From Diplonema japonicum (lineage: Eukaryota > Protista > Euglenozoa: Diplonemea), in the NCBI GenBank assembly GCA_964019335.1, contig OZ025699.1, forward strand, positions 62,001 to 126,000: a stretch of DNA of 64,000 bases, given 5' to 3'. The notes below the pieces were generated by a model. That model searched no databases and was not told the DNA's origin. It saw only the letters and a list, made by a program, of their open reading frames with translations. Positions 21,554 through 33,351 of the stretch are shown here, piece by piece. How positions within the stretch are numbered: position 1 is the stretch's first letter; each line of letters begins with the position of its first letter. A program made the position numbers and the translations under genes.

Positions 21554-24500
21554 TTTTTTTTTTTTTTTTTTTTTTTTTTTGCAAATAACAATGGACCCAC
21601 CCGTGCGAAACTAGGGGGAAGAAACTAAAGGGAGGAGGATATCGGGGTGCACGGCGGAGTGAACAAGGGACGGGAAAGGCTTTTTTTATTTACTTTCGTT
21701 CTTTCTCGTTCACTGGGAACCAAGGAGAGGTAGGGGGGGGGAAAAGGTGAAAAGAAGTTCAAGAAAGTTGGGGGGGAGGGAGGGCTACCGAAACTTGAGA
21801 GGAAGAGATGGAGGAGGGAAAAAGAAAAAAGAAAATTAAAAAGAAAGAAATAAAAAAGCTTTCTTTTTCCTAAACCGCCCTCGGAATAGGTTCTTTTCTT
21901 TTCTTTTTTTTTTTTTTTAAAAACCTAGAACCCATATCAAACAATCTTTTTCATTTTCTTTCTTTTAAACTTTTAAACTAGGAAGATTAAAAATTTTAAG
22001 ATAGAAAGAAAAATAAGAAAAGAAACAACAAAAAAAATAAGAAAAAGAAACAACAAAGAAAAAAAAATTAAAAATAAAACTAAAAATAAAACACAATTTA
22101 AAACTAAATTAAAAATAAAAATAAAAATAAGCTCGATGATTTAAAGGAAGCCAGTTGGGGCACCCTTTGAATAAAATAAAATTAAAAATAAATAAAAATA
22201 AAAGTAAAAATAGAGAGGGAGAAGAGAAGCAGACAATCAATTGCTTTCTTCTCTTTCTTTTTATTCCTTTTTTTTTTTTTTTCTTTTTTTTTTTTTTCCC
22301 CTTCCCTAAAGAACGTTTTGACCAAAACATTGTTAAGGGAAAACAAGGAATAAATAAAATAAAAATAAAAGTAAAAATAAAAATAAAATGCATGTATGGG
22401 GGAGCGCTTTAACGAAAGCATACTCACCCTGTTTCTCTCCCTCTCTTCTTCTCTCTTTTTTTCCTTTGTAATTTTCCCAATTTAACTATCCCTTTCAATT
22501 ATACTCGCTGTCATCAACCCCCTCCATCTGAAGGGGGATGGGGCTTCGGGGGGTCGCACCTTGGGAGCCCCCCTCCAAAGATGATGGTGACAGCCTCCCG
22601 ACATAGGTGTCCATCTCCTCCTGCGCCTCCACCCCACGCGCAGGGGCGAGCTGTTTCCTGGACTTTTGGACCTCCACCGACTTCCCTTGTCCGTCCGGGG
22701 TTCCCACCATCGTCCCCTCGCTCCCCTCCCTCTGCCTCTTGTTTGCCCCTTCCTCCTGTTTCACCCGCCTCATCCCCGCCGCGAAATCCCTGTGTCTTTT
22801 CCGCGCCTCCAAGACCCTCTGGTACTCCGCCACGGGGACCACTTCCCCACCCTCCTCTTGCACCTTCACCAGGTGCAGGTTCCCTTCGGTGCCATTCGCC
22901 ATGTTGCTCGCGACTATCCTCCACCTGAACACCTCGGGATCCACGTCGGGCTGGGTACTGAGGGTGTAGCTCACCCCCTCTTCCGCCCCCGTGGGGAAGA
23001 TAGTCACCCTCCTGCCTCCGGACCGGACCTCCTGTGCTTGCTCTATCCTCGCCACAAGGTCGTACAGCCTCCCCTCTCCCCCGTCCGACGTGGTGCACTC
23101 GCAGCTGGGAGTACTCTTCACTCTCCTCCCCGCTGCACTCCTCCATCACTTGTTTCACCCTCTGGAGCCACTCTGTGCGTCGAACTGGGTCTCCCCTTCC
23201 GCGACCACATCCCCGTGGTGCGTGGCGACGATGATGTACGGCTCCTTCGGGTCACGCAACTCCATCTCCGGGAGAATGGCTTGGCTTCCCTGTGCGTCCT
23301 CGGCTTCGACCCCGTCGGCTGTGTGTGTTTGGATTGAGCCTGTCGTGGTCTCTGCCTGCTGGTCCTTCCCCTCGGTGCGTTGGTTAGCTGTTTGATTGTT
23401 TTCTGTGCCATCCACCGCCCCCTGGTTCCGGGCCCCTCCTTCCTCTCCGCTCCTCACAGGGCCAGCTTTTGTGTTTTGGATTACTGTGCCGCTCCCTGTC
23501 TCCTCCTCTCCCATCTCCGCGTCCACCCGCTCCGCCGCTGCTTTTGCTGCCGCTGACGCTGCTGCTACCACCGCCGCGGCCGCCAGGTTCGCGGTCCTCC
23601 TCTCTGCCTCCTCTTGGAACTTGTTCTCCGCCGCCTTCGCCGCGGCCAGAGCAGCCATCCCTGTCAGGTAGAACGCCGCCTCAGCTACCTCCTCCTCCTC
23701 CGTTCCTGTAGCCGCAGCTTCCCGTTCCATCGCCTCCTGATCCTCCCGCTCCCTCCTCTCCTCCTGGGAGTGCTGCTCCGCTTCCAAGTCCAGTTCCATC
23801 TTCTCCACCAGGACCTTCCCCTTCCTAATGGCCGCCCTCGCCACGCCCTTGACCACGGCCGCCGACACTGCAGCCTTCATGTCGTTGAAGACCTCCACCC
23901 TGTGTCGTCGCGTCCTCTTCGCTGCTTCAGATGCCACCTCCTTCAAGAACTCCCTGGCCTGCCCTGCCAACCCCCCAAACGTTTCCACCGCAAAAGGGCG
24001 GAACTGCTTGTGAGCCTCCTTGCACGCTTCCATGTGCTTCTTGTTCTTCGCCTCCTGGGCCTTGTTCGCAGCATAGCCAGCAGTTTTTGAGGCCTGTTCC
24101 AGGTTGCCCACCGTCCTCGGGTGCACCACCGTCACATCCACCGCCAGCCCGTGGCCGTTTCCTTGTATCCCGCTCGGGAGGAGGATGTCCGCTGGCTTTG
24201 CCGATGAGCCAGCCACGATGTGCTTCTCCTCCCTGACCACATCTATCGCCCCCTCCCTGCACTGGTCATACAGGACGTCCCTCACCCCGTTGTGGCGGTG
24301 TTGCGTGGTCCCTCCGTTCTTGCAACACTGCGCGTGGTCTCCTCGGGCGTCCATTTCCTCACCGCAGTTCAAGCACTGTGTGCCCTCCTGGTATAGAGGC
24401 GCCCCGAGCCACCACCTCGTCGCCACCTTGAACTCCTCATCGTTCATCAGGTTGCCATGGGTGAGGGGGGCCACCAGCCATGCCCCGGCTCCTGGCCTTG

Positions 24501-27000
24501 TCTTCCTTCCCTGCCTCCCCCAGGAGGCCTTGCCATGCGCTGTCCTCGAGAATGAGGGACAGGAGCCTCTGCTGAGCTGCCTTCGGGTAGTCCTTCAAGA
24601 GACCCACGCTCATCAGGGCCGCCTTCTCGTTCAGCCACCTGCAGTGCTCCTCCCAGTCTGCCGCGGAATCCCAGTCATACATGGGGTCGATCTCCTGGGA
24701 GATGTTCCGCGTCGCCACCAGGGATGCGATGTTCGCCACTCTCAGGTGCTCCTGGCAGCTCCTCAGGCCCAGCCCTCCCCTCCTTACTGCTAGGCTTGCT
24801 TGTTTCCACTGGTGCCCCTCCAGCTCCCCTCCCGCCAGGCACCCCATCGTCGATCTGACCAACTCGTCGAACCTCTGCATGGCGTCCCCAACATGAGTCT
24901 CAGGGATGGTCCGCATGAAGTGCACCATCTTGCCGAAAGACTGGCAGCTGCGAAGGAGGGCGTACCCCGATTGTGCCCGCATCTTCGACTGCATGCGGAA
25001 GGTCTCCGCCAGCTTGTCGATCTTCCTGTGGAGGAAGGCGGTCGTGTACTCCGGTGTGCCGATCGGCGCCCCTAGCAGCTCGAAGTTGCCGTCGCGGGAC
25101 ACTTTGTCTTTTCTGAAGCCCTTGAAGCCCCACTCGGTCGGGTCGTTGGGCTTTTCCCCGCGTACCCAGATGAGCTCGCACTTCGCCGGCTTCATCGACA
25201 GGTGAACATCCGCGCTCAACTCCGTCAGGATGTCCACCGCCTTCCTCACTTGCTCCACCTCGCCCGCGAAGACCCCATCGTCCAGGTAAAACTGACAGAT
25301 GTCCAAGTCCGTCTGTTCTTTGACCTTTTCAATGATGGGTTGGAGGGCGAGGGAGAAGAAGAGGGGTCCTAAAGGATCCCCTTGCTGTACACCCTCCTTC
25401 GACTGCAGGACCTTCCCATCCCCGTACAGCAGGTTCGTGGGATTCTTGTAACAAAGTTGCGCCCATTTTTCCGCCCCAGCAGCCTTCGCCCTCACTTGTC
25501 GCAGGATCTCGTGCCTGCTCATGGAGTTGAAGGCGTTCGCGTAGTCCACCTTCACGATTACCCTGTTTCCCTCGCCTTGTTCCCTCCCTCTTCACGTACT
25601 GCCTAAAGGTGTGCACAGCCGCTTCCATGCCCGCCGGCACCGCCACCCCCAGTTGACCACCTTTCCTCAAGTACTCCGTGGCAACTGCAGGGGCTATTTT
25701 CACGACCAGGGCTTTCGCCACTAACCTCCTCAGGCATTCGCCCACCGCGATTGGGCGAACTCCCTTGTCCGGCTTCTTCAGCGGGGTAAGTGAACCGCCT
25801 GCTAGGAACGGGACGACGTCACTCGGGACCTCCCCCTGGATCACATTGCACGTCCTTGTCAGCGACTCCGTGATCCCTTTCGCCTTCGCCCTGCCCTCCA
25901 CAGCTGCCCGGAAATGTTCCACGTGTGTCCTCGTCATCGTCATTCGCCTGGGAGAATCTCATCTCCTGGTCAGCGTCTCCGCTCTGCTCAGGCGTGTCTC
26001 CTCCGTCGGCTCCTTCGGGGGTTCATACTTAGGCTTCGGCAGGTCCTCCCACAGCTCCTTGTGTTCTCCCCTCAGCCACTGTGCGAGCTTGTTCTTGTTG
26101 TTCTTCTCATTGGTCTTCCTCCTATCCTTCCCACCCTTGCGCTTCGAGAGGCACACCTTGGGGAGCATCATGAGCATGACCCAAGACTCATAGGTCTTCT
26201 CTTCCACCACCCTGTCCATGCATTGTTTGAGGGCCACACTCCAGTCCCTCCTCAAACTGTCTGGGACCCACTTCAGCACCCTTACTTTTGCCGACATCAC
26301 TTCATCCAGGGAGGGGAGCTCCGACCTGTGCGGCGCCGCGCATCTCTCGGTGGGGGCGAACTCTCCCATCTCCTTCAGGCACTCCTCGTGTGCACCCTTC
26401 TCCGTGCTTGCCAGCCTCCCACAGACACACGGGCGCAGGCCTATGCCCCGCAAATCCGCCTGCGATACCTCCGACTCCATCAAGTGATCGTTCAGGTGCT
26501 CCGTCAGGGTCGCAAACGACATGAAGGCCCTCCCCTTCATCCTTAGCGACCTCTCGCACCCATACACGGGGCAGTACAGGTCTGTCTTTGACTTCAACGG
26601 CGCGGCTTCCTCCGCTCTCCCGACCCCCGGGTCCACTCTTTTCTCTACTGGATCCGATACCTTCATGAAGTCTTCGCTAGGTGCCGCTGCAGGTTGCACC
26701 CCTGGCGCCTGCGACCTCACGCTGTAGGCCCACCCTCTCATCCTTTCCATCTGTTGTGTGTCTGCCTCCACCGGGTCGTAATGCTCGCCGTTGAAGCCCA
26801 TGACGATGTGCGACCCTGCCGTCCCCAGGTCCGCACCCTCTGCCGCTATCTCCAGCACCGACCATTCGCCTCCCACCACCACTAGGATAGGCCTCTGCCA
26901 GAGATCCGAGGCCGCCACTAGACATACGTGGTCTCCCCACGACTTGTCCTTGCTCATCTCCCTTTTTTTTTTTATCACGTTATAGGGGTGGGGGAAAACT
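21554..27000 (-). mobile_element. CRE/SLACS-like non-LTR retrotransposon (partial OTU, zinc finger, RT, RLE), frameshifted, poly(A) at 21554-21580
   Basis: RPIAVGE, DYANAFN, GVQQGDPLGP, YLDDG; CxxC..H..C, RHN, PADI, DVTV, E..K RLE motifs across ORFs 25959-26978, 25329-25943, 24437-25555 and 23155-24474. Confidence 0.88.
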
Positions 27001-27134
27001 TGTTCTGGGGGGCTTTTTTATTTTCACTGCTGCGTCTGTCTCGTCGGCTGCTGTAGTGGGGGGGGTTGGTGGTGTTCTCTGTTTCTGCGAGAAATAGCAT
27101 TGGGGATCTGGGATGGGATCTCGGGATTCTGAAT

Positions 27135-27460
27135 GAATCAGAAGTGCCTCAGCCGCCTTCTGATTGGCATGCTACTTCGGCAGGTTAGTTGGTTGTTGTG
27201 GAGTTGTTGCGGAGGGGGGCAGGTCCCCGGTATCTTCGAGATATTGGATTGCTTTTCGTGGGTTCTCCACAAGGATGTGTCTCAGCGTCAGGGTGTCGAA
27301 GTGTTTGTCCCTGCTTGCTTTGGATGACGGACAGTCTAGGAAGAGATGTTGGAGGGTTCGCTTCGTGTTGGGGCCACATTTTACGCAAATTCGCTGCTCG
27401 GCGTATCCTACCTTCAGCAGGTCATGGTGCCCAGTCTTCAGCTGGTTGATCAGCACCTCT
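27135..27460 (-). mobile_element. 3' fragment of a LINE (C-terminal zinc knuckle); related relic at ~20900-21010
   Basis: QLKTGH...CVKC...TLQHLFLDC; HILVENPRKAIQYL matches HILVEDTRKAIQYL. Confidence 0.6.
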
Positions 27461-30400
27461 AAGGTTGCGCGGCTGAGAGGCAGCTCGAGAGGAGGAGCAG
27501 GGGAACGGTGTTGCGTTGGGCGGCCGAGGGCCGGAGCCGGAGCGCCGTGTTGGATGGCATCCCCTGGGGAAGCCTCCTGCACGCCAGAACGAGGACCGGA
27601 TCCGGAGACGCCGTTTGATGGTTTTCCTGGGGAAGCTGACCTGAACGCCCGAGCGAAGTGGCCTGAGCGTGGGGAGCACTGTTTGCCGACAGAAAACAAG
27701 ATTAACCATTAAAGGACGGGGGTTTTTGGGCAAAAAAAGGTCACCATCGACTTTTTTATTTTCTAAAATTAAAACATCCTCGAGCATACAACCATAGAAC
27801 GACGCTTGTGTAAAAGAAAATACATCACCCAGGAGGGACAAAAAACACCCCCAGACGCCCCTCAAAGGCCCTGGGAAGTGAATAGAATAAGGAATTGAAG
27901 TGAAATTTATTGTAAAACCCCACCCATAGGTTAGACACTTCCTTACTTTTTTCGCTTGGGCCTCGGGGTGCTAGGGGGGTTTTGCTTTTGGAACTTGGCT
28001 CAGATGACGACCTGGGGAGAAGGGTATGTGTTTGGAGACGCTGGTACCTTAGGCGTTTCTTCGGTGTGGCCGGGCCTCCAGAGGGGGTAGATTGGGGTGG
28101 GTAAACCACTGGTTCGTGATAGTCCGCAAAGCAAGCTGGGCACAGATGCACGTTACAAGCCTTGCAGATGAAGATAGTTTGCACCCGAACCCCCAAAACA
28201 CGCATGTGGTGTGTGCATTGTCTTGCTGCATCCAGTTTTTTGGACCAGTGACCTTTGGTGAAGTCGCGCCTGGCATCTTCCCTGGGCCCCTCGGTCCCCA
28301 TTTCAGAACGGGTGCTTGCTGGGCGGTTGTTTCCGGACTGGCGCATAACAGTCGAAAAGCTGTTGTCGCTCATCGCGAACCCGTTGTTATGGGCCTGCCT
28401 GGGCCTACTTGCTTCTTCACTGGGGCAAGATTAGGTACATTCTGGCGGTTTTCTTCGGATTGTTACCACCATTGACTGGACTTTCCTCGGATTGTTTCCA
28501 CCACAAACCCGATTCCCACATCTGTTGTACAAGGGTAACGCCAGTACAGAAGTTATCGATGCCGGGGTACAAGGGGAACGCTACCGATGCCGAGCCATCC
28601 ACTAGGTGGACACGAATAGTGGCATCGACAAGTCACGTGGGGTGCGCTTTCAGACTGAGCACGACGTTCACTTCATGTCAAGCAAGACGCCATTGAAGGC
28701 ACCGCAGGAGATACGGGAGAACGTTGTAAGAGCTTTCATTGTCGCGCTCGAGCTGCAGGACAAGAAGCTCGAAGCAGAGCTCCGCCGCCGAGACATTCTG
28801 GTCGCCATGTTGTCCTTTTTTGGCATCATAAGCATTGGTGCTTCTGCAGTGATCACGTGGTACGCCAATCCTGCACGCGAGTCAGGGCTCCCAAACACCA
28901 GCACCCCCCTACAATGACCTCGATCCTTCACCAAATGGGAAGGTAATATGCCAAGTGCTGAGATACCTCACATCGGGGCCCACAGTGCTGTGTTTGATTG
29001 CTTTTCCACGCTTTTACAATGGTACTAGCACTGCGGACAGTAGATCGACAAGTTGAACACGACCCTGTGTCAGATCCTGTCCGGTGCACAGCCTCACCTG
29101 TCCTCTTTGCAGGCTGGAATACTCTGAAGCGATGCCTACCGTGTGACTTGATCATACTCTCATCAATGATCGATTCTCCGGGGGAATAGTGTTGCAGACA
29201 GGTAGGGGAGCAAGAATCTTATTTTTTTGCAACCTGTCTGTCTCTTCACCCCTCCAACATGCAACGACCGCTGTAAGCGCAAAAAGCAGTAACGTTTCAT
29301 TACACTTGCCAAAAAAAGGTGTGGCGAGGGCACAAATGGTCGGCCAGTAATCTTTTATACCAGCCTTGCGGATGATGTCCATGAGCACCCACAAGGCCAG
29401 AAACTGATAGATATCGTCCACAGTGAAGTCAAAGTCGGGGTTGTGGTCCTTGCAAACGGTGCAAAGAGATTTCACAAACCCCATTGAGATGAACAGCTTG
29501 GAAATCCTTGATGCACTCATGTGGGAAAAGGGTGATTCTGCCCTGTCACTTCTTACGCGTAACCTGCGTAATATCGCTCTCCCAGGGCATATTTTCACTC
29601 GTCTCGTCACTACTGGCGCTAGGTGAGGTCCCATCGTCAGTGAGAATGTCCCCTTTGGCACTCCCGAACTCGTCTGAATCAGTACTGCTCATCTGAGCTT
29701 TCGTGCCACCAAAAACTGGTTTAGAGGGTGTTTTTGGAGGTTAATCTAGGGGCCAAAAGTGATTTTCGATGGAAAAGAAATCGCGGAACTAGGTCATTCT
29801 GTGCAAGGGTAAGGGTCTATGGTACTTAAAATGCCTATACAAAAATTTTAATTTTTTGATCGCTAGATATCTAGCGCTTCGTCCTTTAATGGTTAATGCA
29901 AAATGTCCAGAGTGCGCAACAGTGTTTTCCACGTGAGGGGTTCGATTTCAAAGTGGGTCCTCCAGCCACCAGAGTTGTAGGCTGGGTTCCCGCGGAGAGA
30001 GAATCGGAGCGGAGGCGTCAAGTACGGTGGACCACCTCAAGGGATGTAAGTCCATTGTGTGACACAGTCTCTCGGTGAAGGTCCGACTTCTGGTGGGTAG
30101 GCAGGCAGAACCGCATAGGGGTGTAAGGAACACCATTGTGTGACCTGTCGCACACGGGGAAAGCCCAAGGCCGGTGGGTTATCTGCCAACGTGTCCCCCT
30201 CCTCTACTTCGCCTCTCACAACCTCTTCCTCCCCGCTGACGATTGACTCCACAGCACTCGCCGGCCTACCTGGTGCGCCCGCGTCATTACGCGACAGGGA
30301 GTCTCGTTGGAAAAACATCTTACGCAGCTGAGAAGGGGGGTTTTTAGAAATAGTAACCAGTAATTCTTTTTTTTCCCCTCCCCCATTGGTTTCCCTTTCT

Positions 30401-30505
30401 TTTTTTCCCTACCAGGCTCCTTTTCTAGTTATGCATTCCTCCCTTCTTTGTGGAAGTTGAGTTCTGAACTTGACTTTTCCTTTTACATTTCCTTTTCAAA
30501 TTTAT
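27461..30505 (+). mobile_element. Partial copy of the non-autonomous B-related element, interrupted by piggyBac
   Basis: 27461-27705 plus 29893-30505 is near-identical to ~32006-32866. Confidence 0.75.
27706..29892 (-). mobile_element. piggyBac DNA transposon, degenerate transposase
   Basis: TTAA TSDs 27702-27705 and 29893-29896; 13-bp TIR ccattaaaggacg; IDESMI, IDNF and CKACNVHLC motifs; empty site at 32246. Confidence 0.92.
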
Positions 30506-30506
30506 A

Positions 30507-31187
30507 ATGGATCTGGGACGCCGCTTCGTGGCTCAGGACCAAGCGCTCTGGAGACGTGCATTTCTGGTTTGTTCCCTCTCACTGCGGTGTAGCGGGGAAC
30601 GAACTCGCTGACGGAGCTGCCAGGGACGGTCTGGCGAAACAATCCTGTGGAGTCAGCTACCGCTCCAGCAAAGCGGCCGTGAAGGCATGGCTGAGGGGAG
30701 CAACGCGCGCGAGGTACGGCAACGACGCTCCAGGCCATCACAGCCTCGTTACGAATGGCGACAGTCTCCCACTCCCTCCCCTCTGTAGGAGGGACGAGGT
30801 CCAGATCATACGACTCCGGACCGGGCAAACTCCCCTGATGAGAGGGTACCTTCAGCTCAGGGGCCCCCTCAGGGCTTCGAGGGATCACCACCTCACCTGC
30901 CCCGCATGCGGCGTTCACTCTCCGCTAGACGCCGATCACCTGCTCAGGAGCTGTCCTTCTCTGGCCCCCGCTGCGAGAACCTTCTTCGACACCAGGCTGC
31001 CGCTCCGCGCGCTGCTTTCCAAGCACTCCGCCGAGGTCTGCGCCTTCATCGAGGCCTCCGGGCTCTTAACATGGTCCGAGTGTGGGATCCTCCCCCCGAC
31101 CAACGCTGCTCAAGGGTGAACATGAGCCCAAAATAGACCCCCCCCTTTTTCCCTTTTACCTTTTCCATTTCCCAAACTCTCTCTCCC

Positions 31188-31218
<31 letters not shown>

Positions 31219-31500
31219 ACACACTCAAAACGGGCCAAAGAACGCCTCCCAAGAGATGGTCACGGATGGCCGGGAGGGCGCAGGCGCAGCTCGAGGTCTT
31301 CTGCGTTGAATCTCGAGGGGTTCGCCCCGCATGTAATCAGCCAAGTCGGCTGTCCCACGCAAGGGGAACGGAGAGCCAGAGGGATGGTCCAACCCAAGTG
31401 GTGGCCCTCTTGGTTCCTCCAGACAAAAGACTGGAACACACCCCCCACACCCCCCCCAGTTTCCCCCCAGTGGTTATTATTGCAAAAAAAAAAAAAAAAA
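30507..31500 (+). mobile_element. 5'-truncated RNase H-type LINE (family C): RNase H end, zinc knuckle, 3' UTR, poly(A)
   Basis: FVPSHCGVAGNELAD, RLRTG, CPAC...HLLRSC; poly(A) 31484-31500. Confidence 0.8.
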
Positions 31501-31901
31501 GTGGAATGTTGTGTTTCCCACTTTCCTTTCCCTTCCTTCCCCTTCCTCTCACTGTTTCCCATTTCCCCTTTATTTTCACACTCACCAATGATTCGCTCAA
31601 TAGGAGCAATACCTCCCTGGGGGGCTTTCCGCCGGAGGTTCCAGCCAAAGAAGGACATCCAGCTGGAAGGTAGGCCCCCGTTTTTCTCTCACTTGACTGA
31701 GGGAATAATGTAATTCAGCCCTCTTCGGCCCCAAAGCAGAGCACGGGTTGGTGGGGGACCAGGGCTCCTCCTGCTTGCAGAAGCCTGGTCCATTGCCCTC
31801 CCTATTTCCCCATGGTTTCCCTTCACCTTCTTTTCCCTTTTCTCAGGTGTTGCTCTCCATGGCGGCCCTGCATTGGTATTTTGAAAAAAAAAAAAAAAAA
31901 A
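31501..31901 (+). mobile_element. LINE family A 3' UTR-only copy
   Basis: Matches 38010-38443; poly(A) 31884-31901. Confidence 0.9.
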
Positions 31902-33236
31902 TTTGGGGGTCCGATTACACACACACATGAACATGTAGACGAACGCGGTGTGTGGTGGCTGCCCACCTCCACGGTGGTGGTCCCTGGGCAACGCGCAGGT
32001 GGTGAAGGTTGCGCGGCTGAGAGGCAGCTCGAGAGGAGGAGCAGGGGAACGGTGTTGCGTTGGGCGGCCGAGGGCCGGAGCCGGAGCGCCGTGTTGGATG
32101 GCATCCCCTGGGGAAGCCTCCTGCACGCCAGAACGAGGACCCGATCCGGAGACGCCGTTTGATGGTTTTCCTGGGGAAGCTGACCTGAACGCCCGAGCGA
32201 AGTGGCCTGAGCGTGGGGAGCACTGTTTGCCGACAGAAAACAAGATTAATGCAAAATGTCCAGAGTGCGCAACAGTGTTTTCCACGTGAGGGGTTCGGTT
32301 TCAAAGTGGGTCCTCCAGCCACCAGAGTTGTAGGCTGAGTTCCCGCGGAGAGAGAAGCGGAGCGGAGGCGTCAAGTACGGTGGACCACCTCAAGGGATGT
32401 AAGTCCATTGTGTGACACAGTCTCTCGGTGAAGGTCCGACTTCTGGTGGGTAGGCAGGCAGAACCGCATAGGGGTGTAAGGAACACCATTGTGTGACCTG
32501 TCGCACACGGGGAAAGCCCAAGGCCGGTGGGTTATCTGCCAACGTGTCCCCCTCCTCTACTTCGCCTCTCACAACCTCTTCCTCCCCGCTGACGATTGAC
32601 TCCACAGCACTCGCCGGCCTACCTGGTGCGCCCGCGTCATTACGCGATAGGGAGTCTCGTTGGAAAAACATCTTACGCAGCTGAGAAGGGGGGTTTTTTT
32701 TTTAGAAATAGTAACCAGTAATTCTTTTTTCCCCCTCCCCCATTGGTTTCCCTTTCTTTTTATTTTCCCTACCAGGCTCCTTTTCTAGTTATGCATTCCT
32801 CCCTTCTTTGTGGAAGTTGAGTTCTGAACTTGACTTTTCCTTTTACATTTCCTTTTCAAATTTATATTTTAGGCTCCCACAGCCCAACAAAACCAGCAGA
32901 TGGTGGGGTCCCTGTGGCTGGATAAATCAAAATTAGGGATCTCATCGCCGTCCTTTAATATTTGGGGTGGTCTTTATTTGGTGACAGCCGAAGCCTTCGA
33001 GGCCCAAGAGCTGCGTGGCGGGGGAATGGGGAAAAAATAAGAAAGGTGGATGTCGGGGGCCCCAGGAAAATATACAAGAGGTCGAGCAAACGAGCAAGAG
33101 GTCCCCCCCGATATGGCTCAGTAAGAGAGACTGTTTTTAACCTTCCCTTCCCAATTTTTATGGTTTCAACTTTCTCCGCCCCCCATCCCCCCCGCCTGGT
33201 AGTGGAATAATTATTATTATTATTAAAAAAAAAAAA
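31902..33236 (+). mobile_element. Non-autonomous family B-related retroelement
   Basis: 5' gggggtccgattacac resembles the B 5' end; 3' UTR and cctggtagtggaata(att)n(A)n end match B. Confidence 0.65.
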
Positions 33237-33240
33237 GTGT

Positions 33241-33351
33241 AGGATCGATCGTGGTCTAGTTAGCGCGTCGGTTCAATTCTCCCAGCAGCCCGTTAGGAGG
33301 AGCCTTAGGGTACAGGGGCAAGTGCAACCCGTCCCTCGGGACGTTAATTTT
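33241..33351 (+). ncRNA. Internally deleted copy of the unidentified A/B-box Pol III RNA
   Basis: Matches 46428-46695 unit with ~4- and ~20-nt deletions; ends cgtccctcgggacgttaatttt. Confidence 0.6.
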
